Source: Gammaproteobacteria bacterium
GTDB lineage: Bacteria > Pseudomonadota > Gammaproteobacteria > Eutrophobiales > Eutrophobiaceae
Length of the DNA stretch: 64,000 nucleotides
Reading direction: 5' to 3'
NCBI GenBank assembly: GCA_963422205.2
Contig: CAXMWX010000005.1
Span: 772,316 to 836,315 of the forward strand
Part shown: positions 1-10,952 of the stretch, piece by piece
Layout: every line of letters starts with the position of its first letter
Numbering within the stretch: the stretch's first letter is position 1
The notes under the pieces: generated by a model
Database searches by the model: none
What the model saw: the letters and a program-made list of their open reading frames with translations, nothing else
What the model was told of the DNA's origin: nothing
Made by a program: the position numbers and the translations under genes

Positions 1-1994
1 AAATTGCGTTCACAATATCAAAATGAAGTTTCGTGCCTAGTTGCGAAAACAACTATGTGTGAACGCAGCCTGAGTCGGGGTGGTAAAGGTCATCGTACTC
101 CAGAAAATTGTTCGTACCCCAACAAAATTCGAAGACTAAATCGGACATTCTACTGGAACCGTTTTTTTGTTTTTTTTTTCGGTCATTTGTCGGTCATTTT
201 GGCAAAGATCGAATTTTTTTTTCGGTCACAATAATGACCGAAAGAAATTTGCAATTATCTTAGTTTAACAATTGCTCTTTTCTTCTGGTGATAATAATAG
301 CTATTATACAGGTAATGACATAAAGTGTTTTTAATACGTTGCTCAGTTCCCTACATAACTAACTATTTGTTTGTACCGTTTGTTTCGAGAATGTACTGTT
401 AATGTTTCGAGAAAGGGTTAATGTTTCGAGAATGTGCTATATTGTACCCCTTTCGCCTCCTTTTCGCTCTTCGCTCCCTGGTGTTTCTCTTTCGCCCACA
501 AGGGGCCATATCGCCCACTTTGAAAAACACTGATTTAGACTAGAACTATTCGCTTGGTCCAAACAATAGTTTCCTAAAGTGAGTTCCTAACAAACTGAAA
601 AGCCAAGAAAATATCGAAACGTCACAAATATTCCCAATTTTTATGTATTTAGAGGCAAAATTATTTACGTAGGCCCAGGGCCGGATTAACGGTTTCAGAG
701 GCCTGGGGCTATACCGTAGTCAGGGGTCTATATTACCCTTCAATTGAACAACTGCTGAAATATGTAGCCTACATATCGGTATTAAACACATTCATTCGTT
801 CTTGTTTATTCGCACACCAAAATAGAACAATATTGTAATTATTTTTAAAAAATAACACATTCCAAGATCATATTTTCTAAATTTGTTCTGTCTAAATTCA
901 GTTCTAAGAACAGTGTTCTGTCTAGTATCAATTCTGAGAACACCCTATTTTGAACGTTTGCAAAGTTATGACATACCACGAAGCCCCAAATCCAGCAAAT
1001 ATGTTTTCTATCTGTTGTTTTGTAAAGACTTCTACGATTATTTCCCACCAAACCTCGCAAACTTAACGTTAACTTCCTTCCTATTTGGTATCCTAATGTC
1101 CCTTCACGTGCCAGTACGAAAAATCGTACGGCATTTTATGTAAAACTATTTTTCATTTATGCTACTGTCTATGAATTATTACAAAAAAATGATTATAAAT
1201 TTCATCGACTAGCCACAACTGCGACGTTTTCTCGGAGCTGTATTGCCCAGGCGATAAGCCGCTAAAACGGGCCTCAGCATACGTGTAACGCTTCAGCGTT
1301 ACTTTAACTTAATGAAGATTTGGTTTATTTTTTTTAGTTACAGAAGAAAACGTTACATAACATGCTGTAACTGATGCTAGGCTACTGATAGCATTTGCTT
1401 ATGATTTTTAGCAAAATTTACACAGAAATGAACATTTTATATCAATAATCATTTTAATTCGGCCTATCCAGTTGAATTCTGTTTCGAAAACCGTCAAAAT
1501 CGTTGCACGATATTTCCTGTAGAACATTCACATTGCGTCATAATGTTTTCACTCAACTTATATTTTTGGCATTTTTTCACTTTCTGCAATTTTCACCCAA
1601 TACAGGGGGATTTGATCGGTTGAAAGCAGGGATTCAACCAATGGTTGAAAGCTGGAATTTAATTGGTTGAAAGCTGGAAGCGGAAGCGCGAAAAATATGG
1701 CGCTTCCGCTTCAACATCATTCAAAAAAGCATCCTGTAAATAACTTATTAGATATTACATTTTATTCAATTTATTAGACATTATTGTACCATGCTAGATT
1801 CGCATGAATGCCAAATTTCAGATTATAGGCCATTACTTTTCGCTTGATTTTCAGATAGTACTAACGTAGAATCGCTTTTTCTTTCAGCTTTTTCTAAGTT
1901 TTAAAATAAAAGCAACTAATTTATCAATAGCGTTAAATGTAATAATTGACTCTTTTCCAATTATAATCGTATCATGAAATAGATGGGGTGCTGT

Positions 1995-2588
1995 CAGGAG
2001 CGTATTTCGGGGGTCATTGTACCATCGTCCTCCCCTTTTGACTTTGTCTTTTAGAGAAAAAGAACAAAATTAATGGTACCAAGTGACTGAAATATGCCAG
2101 ACTTTTTTAATGGTTTTTGTAGCTTATGGCCAGGGGCGGGTCCAGGGGGGTAGGATGAGAGGAATGCATCCTCCGACCAGCCATTTTCAAAAACGTTTTT
2201 GATGCATACAATTTTTCCATAATTTCCAATCTTTTCGATAGCGATAAGCCTCGATCGAAAATGCGCCGTGCGAACAAAATGCGCCGTGCGAACAAAATGC
2301 ATCGAAAATGCGCCGTGCGAACAAAATGCATCATATTTGGCAAAGCACTACGAATTAGGGTCAAAAATTTTAAACAAAATTTGGCTGAAAATTATTCAAA
2401 AAGCGCTAAAATAGCCGTTAGAGCATGTACATTTTCAAAAAATTTCCGGGGGAGCATGCCCCCGGACCTCCCCAAAGCCTATCTTGTTTCTCAATCAGCT
2501 TCAAATTAGGTCTGCTAAAAAAAATACGCTTGAAAACAATGTGGAAATTATGCCCCTCCCCTATTTAAAAATTCTTGCCATGCCACTG
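1995..2588 (+). mobile_element. hAT-type MITE of an abundant ~600-bp family (related copies 2686-3594, 27638-28187, 35752-36382, inverted ~49630-50168, partial ~19560-19923 and ~23740-23960)
   Basis: Termini CAGGAGCGTATTT...GCCACTG; TSD GGTGCTGT/AGTGCTGT; internal sequence shared with the other copies. Confidence 0.8.
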
Positions 2589-2685
2589 AGTGCTGTGTAT
2601 CAGCATTTTTCTAATGAAGCGAGGAAGTTTCGTAGCAAAGTTGCAGTAAAAAACTCCCAAGAGTGTGACGCAATTTTGTGACTCA

Positions 2686-3594
2686 CAGGAGCGTATTTAG
2701 AGGGGGGAGGCATTGTGCCATGCCCCCCCCCTTTTTTTGACTCCGCCTTTTAGTAAAAAAGAACATCGTACTGCAGAACTTTTAGTAAAAAAGTCGGCAG
2801 CGTGGCGTAAGTGGTTTGGAGCGTCGTTTTTACGACGACCATGATCGCAAGGTTAATTGTTCAACTCCCAACCTAGTCTCGTTGTTGGATTCTTGGATAA
2901 GGTGCTTCACGATGTTTATTTCTGCTCGGTAGAATCTGGAAAGCAGCAAATTTAAGAAGTCAGAAACAAAATTCAACCGGAAAACTTGGAAACAAAGGCA
3001 ACTCCTAAGCGAGTCTGGATTCGTTCTATGCAAAAACGCCTTCGCCGCTTTCTCGTGATAGGAGGATAAAGGTGAAGAAATCAATCCATCAAAAAGAACA
3101 AAATTAATGGTACCAAGTGACTGAAATATGTATGGTTTCTGAGGCTTATGGCCAGGAGCGGATCCAGGGCGATAAAATGAGGGGTATGCATCCTCTCAGC
3201 TCTCACCAGCCATTTTCAAAAACGTTTTTAATGTATACAGTTTTTTTCGTAATTTCGAACCTCTTCGATAGCGATAAGCCTTACGCCTTAAGAACGCATA
3301 ATCGAAAATGCGCCGTGCGAACAAAATGCATCATATTTGGCGAAGCACTCAGAATTAGGGTCAAAAACTGTACACAAAATTTGGCTGAAAATTTTCAAAA
3401 AGTACTTAAATAGTCATTAGGCTTATAGCATGTAAATTTCCAAAAATTTTCCGGGGGAGCATGTTTCCGGACTCCATAGAGCTTTTTTTGTTTCTCAATC
3501 CCCTTCAAATTAGTTCTGCCGAAAAAAAGTTCGCTTGAAAAAATGTGGAAATTATGCCTCCCCCCCCCTTTTAAAATTTCTCGCTACGCCACTG
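2686..3594 (+). mobile_element. Second copy of the same MITE family, carrying a SINE insertion
   Basis: CAGGAGCGTATTT...CGCCACTG; TSD GTGACTCA/ATGACTCA. Confidence 0.8.
2794..3085 (+). mobile_element. tRNA-derived SINE, family B
   Basis: A-box-like TGGCGTAAGTGG, B-box-like GTTCAACTCC; 3' tail GGCAACTCCTAAGCGAG...CGCTTTCTCGTGATAGGAGGATAAA shared with SINE family A. Confidence 0.7.
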
Positions 3595-4967
3595 ATGACT
3601 CATTTCAATTATTCCTTTACACTTTTGTTCGCTCTTTGCAAATTATTATCTTAAAAAAAAACGTTTGCTAAAGTTTGACCAAAAGCTTTTAGTGTGCTTG
3701 AAAAAAAGCTGCGGTTTACGCCATCGACTATACCAACGAACTGGTCGTATGTTACTAGCAAAATTTTGGTGAATTTTTTGAAAGCGGAAGCGCTGGAAGC
3801 GAAAGCGACAGGTGTGGAAGCAGAAGCTGTTTGCAAATATACCGCTTCCACATCCCTGGTTTAGAGGGTCTCAAAAAATTAAGGCAGCTTCTGAACTTTG
3901 TTTCCCGCGCCTTTGAATATCTCAATCATTGGACTGGTAGCACGGTACTGGCCCGAATCTCGCAACTCCAAGTACAGTTACGTCCGAATCTCACAAGTTC
4001 ACTACTCGAAATCAGTCTTTTCTAAAATTTTTCGTTTAATTGCCTGAGATCTTGTGAGTCAATTCAAGTGTAAATTCGTTGAAATTTTTGGCATTGATAC
4101 AATCTTGAATCAGTTTCTTAATCTTATCCGAAACTGGATAGACAAGGCCTGTACAACAAAAAGTTAATCACTCGTAAGTACGGTATTATTCATTTTTATA
4201 ATAAAATGGTTGAGTGATGAGAAAATTAGTCAGTTGTTCCTAATGCGTTTGTAATCGAAAGACCTATTTCCTCCGTGGGCCTAGGGTTGCAGCCCCATCA
4301 GCCCCCGCCTTAATCCAGCCTTGCGTAGGCTATATTGAAGTTCATCAAAATAAAGGAATTGTGAGCAAATTACCGCAAAAGAGCTTCAACTAGGCCTGTA
4401 CCTTGACTTGAAGACATTACGAACACCTGGAAAAAGAACTAGGGCATTTTGAAAAAGACCCTGGGCATTTGCTGCCAAAAAAAGGCTTAGTTACGCAACT
4501 GCTCCTAAGCGAGCTCGTGTAGCGAATTGATTGCTTTCTCGTGATAGGAGTATGAAGATGCAAGTAAATACAACTAAACACAAAAATTCGATACTTACAA
4601 AAGCAGTAAACAAAAACTGTGGCTACTTTTATTCTAAGCAGCAAAAAATTTTGCGACCTGTATTTTCTTGCAACTAAAAAAGTGAAACAAAACTGCTTTT
4701 AGGGACTGAAAAGTTGAAAACTAACAACAGAGTCACCTTAATAGGCTACACTTGTTCAAGTCTTTGTAAAAATTGAACTTTTGGAATCCGTTTTTTCATC
4801 CATCATTAAATAATTGGAAACTCTGACATAGTTGCTATGCGTTTGCATAAATAAAGTTTAAATCCGGTGGTTTGAATGTTACACTTTAGTCTAGCGTACA
4901 TCGACTTAATTGCGTAAAAATTTAACAAAATTTTAATTTGGCGCATCACATTAATGCTTAATTTAGC

Positions 4968-5985
4968 AGTTCAGATCGCTGAGTGGTAAGAGCATCTGCC
5001 TCTGGAGCTGTAGGCTCTAGTTTGATTCTGAGTCTGGTCAAACCAATAACTTAATACTAATAATAATAATAATGTATTTCCCGAATTCAGTGCACACATG
5101 GCACTACGGGACGACAGCCATAAAACCAAAGAAATGTCAAATAACATCAAATGAAACAACTAACCATAAGACAGAGTGCATCCAGCAAAAATAATGAAAA
5201 AGATGAGGAAATGACAAAAATCAAAAAAAAAACAAAGATGGATCTACTGACAATTCGATTACTCTAACCAAAGTGTATCTAGTAGAACACACAGTGCATC
5301 CAGCAAAAAATAATAAAGAAGATGAAGAAATGCCAAAAAAATTTAAAAAAGTCAAAGATGGATCTACTGACATTTCCGTAGCTCTAACCACAGTGAATAA
5401 AATAACAAACAAGAAATCAACACGCTCATAAATTAATAAATAAAATCGCTTGATGCCTAACTGCATGCATACCATTAGCTAAACTTATGAACTAGGAGGA
5501 GTAGGCTGCAAATATGCACATATGCAAATTTAACGGAAATTGCACTGGTAAAAAATAGGGATAGGCTGCTAATATGTAGATACGCAAATTTAACGGAAAT
5601 TGCACTGGTAAAAATTAACAAAAAATCAATCAGTCAAAATAAGAAATATCATGACAATGCTAAGGATAAAAAACTAGCAGTATTTAGAAACAAGACGTTT
5701 GAATTGAGAAACAGAAGTACTATTCACAACATTCCATGGCAAATTATTCCAATCCTGTGTACACCTTTGTGAAAAACAATATTTTCGACAATCAACTCTA
5801 ACAAAATTTGTTTTCAATTTGAATAAATGTAGTTTGAATAAATGTGTTTTCAATGTTGAATAAACTTTACAGCCTAATTCTGAATTGGTATTCACAGCTT
5901 CCCTGCTTGTTGGTCATCTTTAAACTGTTAAAGCGACTATGCGGAGAACAAGCCAAAAAGTTTAGTTGTTGTGCTGTTGAAAACA
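4968..5985 (+). mobile_element. SINE family A copy split by a LINE fragment (SINE parts ~4968-5052 and ~5886-5985)
   Basis: Head GAGTGGTAAGAGCATCTGCCTCTGGAGCTGTAG matches the copies at 13452, 31447 and 48796; sequence resumes as TATTCACAGCTTCCCTGCTTG after the insert. Confidence 0.7.
5052..5885 (-). mobile_element. 5'-truncated CR1/L2-type LINE 3' end
   Basis: ORF 5674-5895 has the typical ORF2 C-terminus (RKYCFSQRCTQDWNNLPWNVVNSTSVSQFK); (TAA)n tail at ~5055-5072; internal ~130-bp and 60-bp tandem duplications in the 3' UTR. Confidence 0.7.
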
Positions 5986-6270
5986 GAACGGTTAATTTTT
6001 GTTATTTGTGACAGAATGCATAGACGAGGCGAGTGGCACTCAGCACATTAAGACAGTAAGATGTTGCTTGATGCAAAATATAACACTGACATTGTCGCGG
6101 AAGGTTGCAAAGTGACTATTTAGTTGACCGGTAGGTCTTCGCGTCGAGCAACCATCCAAAAATCATTAACCTCGTAAATAATTCTTGAATTTATTCTAAT
6201 TCAGAAGTGAAAATTTTTGATGTACACAGTACAGTACGATACTCTGGTACTGGTACTCAGTACTCTGTAC

Positions 6271-6473
6271 GAGGTTAGATCTAGTATAGGCCCCCAGGTT
6301 CGATTAGGGTTAGGTTTGGTTAAGATTAGGTTCAGTTAAGGTTAAATTTAGTTAGGGTTAGGTTCAGTTAGGGCTAGATTTGATTAGGGTCATGTTATAG
6401 TTAGGTTAAGGTCAAAGATTAAGTTAAGGTTGGCAGACAAAAAAATTGTGGAGGCTTTTTCTAGATGAGACCC
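6271..6473. mobile_element. MITE with internal degenerate (GGTTA/TTAGGG)n telomere-like array
   Basis: Perfect 8-bp TSD CTCTGTAC (6263-6270, 6474-6481); imperfect TIRs GGTTAGATCTAGTATAGGCCCCC versus reverse complement GGTCTCATCTAGAAAAAGCCTCC; repeats at ~6297-6432. Confidence 0.65.
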
Positions 6474-6580
6474 CTCTGTACATAAAATTATTGACTAAGT
6501 TCTTCAGTACTCTGTACATGTAATAACTGATTAAGTCCAACTGTGGTATTTGTGGGTTGGTGGAGTAAAAACATCACGTA

Positions 6581-7587
6581 GGGGAAGGTGGGGTCATTTT
6601 GGACATAAGGCTAGCAGGCTAGTTTGGACCAATCACTTCTGGTTTTATTTTTGCAGCATCATGCGACCTGTAGCAGTCACCGCAATCGTCTCTTTCAGTC
6701 ACCATATGGGTTAAGTAGCAAAATCAAGTAGTTTTTTGTTGAACTTCATATTCACAATTTTGAACAAAAAACTAAAATCAGATGAGATGAAATTGTAAGG
6801 TTTTGTGCTAGCGTGGTTACTGTTTAAGCTGAAGTCTGGCATTGGTACTAGTCAGGCATGTTTGAAAAACACGCATACAACATGAATTTAAAAAAAAAAA
6901 ATGAAGTTATGCAGGAAGAGTTTGCCATTTGCTAGTCTTGCTGAGTGTGGGGTTACTTCGAGCATATATAACAAACCATTCGAAATAGCATGTGAAGATA
7001 TTGTTTTCAAATTGGAAAATGATATTATATCAAGTATGAAAATAAACTTAGTACGTGAAGATGTTGTTTTCAAATTGCTAGTGCCACAAATTATCGGGTC
7101 TTCTCGACGCCCATTTTTACGCTTTTTAACTTGAATTTTGAACAATCGAACATTTAATTTTACCAAACTATTGAGATCATGCGTAGTCTCTTTTTTTCAT
7201 TTGGTTAATTTCGTTTGAATTCTTTGTTGTAAACTTTTGAAAACCTTGTATGTGAATTTAACTGAAACAAGCTGTTTTTTTCTATCAGCGGAAATTGATG
7301 CAGAGTGCTTTTTCATCACAATAAATTTGCCTTCTTTTTAACGTCCGAGACTACCCCACTGCTTGTCCAGACTTACCCCACTATTGGGGCAAGTTCGGAC
7401 GTGCTAGACCATCGTGCATTTGTGTAAGTAATAGCCTAATGCTTGGAGCTATTGCAATTACAAACAATTTCATATTGAAATCAAAGGGCTATCTACAATT
7501 TTGTACAAAGAGTTGGTAATTGCTTATTCCTTATCTTGTCTTAGAGTCACAAAAGCAAATTTTGTCCAAAATAACTCCACCTTCCCG
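6581..7587. mobile_element. pogo/Tc1-mariner-type internal deletion derivative
   Basis: TA then GGGGAAGGTGGGGTCATTTTGGACA; right end TGTCCAAAATAACTCCACCTTCCCG is its reverse complement; the TIR motif recurs internally at ~7345-7400. Confidence 0.7.
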
Positions 7588-8989
7588 TTACCCTAAATGT
7601 TATGCTAGGCGACTAGTGTATGGTTGATGTTTGATCAAACCGTTAGGATCATTTATTGATACTTTTTGATCAAAAAAAATTTCATATGAATATTGAATTA
7701 CAGATTAGCAAAAGACATTGTCTATTTTGTCGTTAACGGAAAAATAGTTTCTAGGTCTATTTTGTCAGCAGTAGGTAAAGTCAGCATCTACTGCCGGAAA
7801 AATAGACCTAAAAGCTATTTTGCTGGTGCTCAAAAACAGTTATGAGTGTCCACACTATACTGCTATATGGATTACACTATATCTGGCGAAATAGAACTAG
7901 AAACTATTTTGTCGTTAGTTACAAAATAGACACTTCCTTAGCAAAATGAGCATTTTTTAAGGGATTGATGTAGACTATTCCATATTTTAATGCCTTGAAA
8001 TTTAATAGACTGTAGATCTTTGAAGATTCTAAGTTCCAAAAACACAGTAAATAAAAGTTAAATTTGTTATTTTGTCGGGTAGAGTGATTATGAATTTTAG
8101 TTGATTTAATAAGGTCATTAGAAAATGTTGATGGAGCTTTATTGCAAAGAAATGGTGCCTTAATTTAGCAACTTCTATGATGTACAGGTCATCTAATTTT
8201 AAAATTTTAAGGATTGATCATGTTTCTCCCACTGTCAATTGCTGTGACAGCATTGTTTTGCAGTGCTGAGTATGCAGGCTATATATGATGCGGTAGCAGT
8301 ACCTAAGATTTTTAAGATTGATAGATATAGCTGTATTAGAGAATATCAAATGCTGATAAGAGTTTCAGGGGGTAGACATTTCTTAGTTTTCATATAATTC
8401 CCACTGACCTAGACATTTTACTTTCTATGTAATGAATATGGTCCTAAATGAAAATACTATTATCTAGCATATAAACTGTATAGTGCCAAGGCTGAAGGTA
8501 TTTAGTAATTTGTGGGCAAGGTATTCCTGCATTATTCAATTGGATGGTGACATTATTTATAGTTTTAACATCAGGTTGAGGTTTGGGTGTTGCGACCATG
8601 TCTGCTAATTCCCTCATCTTTAAGTTTCTCTTGCTAGCATGTTACAGCGTTAATCGTTTTGTTGCTTCTTCCCTTTTCTGTGTCTGTTTGTAGTTGAATT
8701 CCTATATTGCTGTGTTCTATTTTTTTTGACAGTACAAAAATAATAGACACCGCTACTACTACTAGATTTACTTTTCATCAGCATCTTTTAGGATTTTACC
8801 TTTTGGTATTTATAGAGAGTATGTTAGCATGCATCCAATTCTAGCATTATTATTTCATCGCTTATCACTTGTTTCAAAAGATTGCTCTTTTAAGCTTTTA
8901 AAAGTAAACTGGTTTCGTCAGTAAATAGTCGTGGCATAGTGCTCAGGTTATTAGCTAGATCATTGATATAGATAGCATAACGTAAAAAT

Positions 8990-9213
8990 CAAATCAATCC
9001 TTCCATATACTTGCATTATTATGTCGAAGCGTGTAACAAGTGATGCAGGATGGGGCTCATCTTTGTGGCTTTGCTACTCAGCAACACAGCTTTCAAGAAA
9101 TGTCACAGTGGTGGCGAGCCATTGGCAACAGTATTTCCAAATTGACCAACTCGGGATTTGAACACCAGACCTCCCATCGATAGCAATGTCTTAACAGCTG
9201 AACTAACCGGCCG
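8990..9213 (-). mobile_element. tRNA-derived SINE, family C (other copies ~1210-1322 +, ~16932-17150 +, ~17500-17643 -)
   Basis: Shared core CGGTCAAAT...CCAAYGGCTCGCCACCRCTGYGACRTTTCTT...GCTGTGTTGC and tail ACRCTTCG...AAGATTTG; B-box-like GTTCAAATCCC on the minus strand. Confidence 0.65.
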
Positions 9214-9309
9214 GTTGAAGATAAAGTGAGAGGCCCAAAATATATCCTTGAAAAACACCCATTTTGCCTTATGTAATTTATTTTTTTTGGTTCCATTTAT
9301 AGATACATA

Positions 9310-10222
9310 GGGGAGACCGGGCAATACGAACCAGAAAAATTTGCACTGCCCTCAAACGGTCCCTAATCAATGTAAAGCTTTGAAAATTTCAGGTTACATA
9401 GTCGCCAACATTAGCCTAAACATGTCACAAATGAGATAGCTTAACTTTTCTATTCATTTATTTATATTACTGCATTTTTTCCTTAAAAAATTACCTGAGG
9501 CATTATAAACCTTAATGGGGCATTATGAACCAGTTTCGAAATTGACTTCACATTACTTAATTAATCATATGTAGAGACAAACTACTGGCATGCAATGCTA
9601 TAAAATGAATGTATTAGCATTTTTAACAGTATATTGTCACTTGCTGTGTACAAAAAGATATAAGCATTCACACTTATATAAAGAACTGTTCAGGTTCACA
9701 GCTGTCCACTTTGCTACTTCATGCTCAGTGTCAAAAGCACATTCAAATTTAACTAAGCCAAACGCTCTGGCTGTTTCTCCAGTGAATACCTGTACTGGAT
9801 CAGGGAGCTTCTGCACAATTTGGCTTTTTTCAATATATTTGACATCTCCAGTAACCAATTGGTTCATAATGCCCCGACTGAAATGATCTTATATAAATTA
9901 TTTTGCAACAAAATTTTTAGCAAACACTATCAAAAATCGATCTGCAGTTGTTTGTCCTGACCATGTCTTATCCATAAACGAAAATGTGGACTTTTAGAAT
10001 ATCTCTGAAAAAATGTCAGTTATTCTAAAACAAAAACCTAAACTTACTTTTAACCTCCAAAATCACATTTTAACTGATTTACTGAAAAAGAAGAACAGCC
10101 GACCTCAACTTTTAGCATCAAAGAAAAGCTGATAGTCATGTGACCTAACTGTGCACATCCGGTCTCAAGATTGCCAATCAGTTTTGAAATAATGCCCTGG
10201 TTCATAATGCTCCGGTTTCTCC
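9310..10222. mobile_element. pogo/Tc1-mariner-type internal deletion derivative
   Basis: TA-flanked TIRs GGGGAGACCGGGCAATACGAACCA / TGGTTCATAATGCTCCGGTTTCTCC; internal GGGGCATTATGAACCA repeats. Confidence 0.75.
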
Positions 10223-10952
10223 TATTGTTCACGATTTCATGGGTAACTAACAATAAGATCATTATAAACCCCTCTAATATCATAATGTTACCGAATCAAA
10301 TGCTTTCCTCATGTCGAGGGTCATTTGAGTAAGCATGTCTTGGTTTTGGATGGTGTCATAACATTCAGATACTGTAAAGTATATACAACATGAATCATTG
10401 AATGTTTTTTATGATAACCGAAGTGGTAGGGATTATGATACTATGCTTGTCAAAAAACTGACTGAATAGGCCAATATAGAGAATCATTTTTTCTAAGATT
10501 TTAGATAAGCAAGGTTGAATTGATATCAGTTGATAATCATTGGTTAAATTATTAGTAAACTAACTAGCGATAAAGGTTTTGAATAGTGTGGCATGACTGC
10601 GCTGAAAAATATTGACAATGAATCATTTGAAAAAAAGAGTAGGCCTACTCTTAGTACGAAACAAAAAACTGAACAACTACTCACGTTGCCTAAAACACTG
10701 CATTGCACCTTCAAGGGATGCGAGACTCGAATTGGAAAACCCTGCATTTGTGGCACCGTAGCATAAAGCTCAAATTTGACTTTTGAGTAAAAAATGAATT
10801 TTATTAGTTTCATGTGATTCGGATTTTTTGGTTTATTTTATGGTTAATAATTATTTTTGGTTTCAAGGAAATGACAAAAATTTCAACAATTAACATTTTT
10901 TTCCAGGTGATTAAATTTAGGTATCGTACCAGGCAATCATTTGACCTTAAAA

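Larger units (their letters stand above)
676..4323. mobile_element. Non-autonomous hAT-type element, outer shell of a nested cluster
   Basis: TIRs CAGGGCCGGATTAA / TTAATCCAGCCTTG; 8-bp TSD CGTAGGCC (668-675) / CGTAGGCT (4324-4331). Confidence 0.75.

Noticed and set aside
7595-7960. TCTATTTT/AAAATAG inverted arrays suggesting a transposon end
   Set aside because: No matching terminus or TSD could be placed, so it was left uncalled.
10232-10248. RFX X-box upstream of the ciliary gene IFT80
   Set aside because: Only one half-site (GGTAAC) fits and the transcription start is unknown.
10941-10952. TTG start of the IFT80 ORF in the track
   Set aside because: Eukaryotic gene; ATG 10953 matches the conserved N-terminus.
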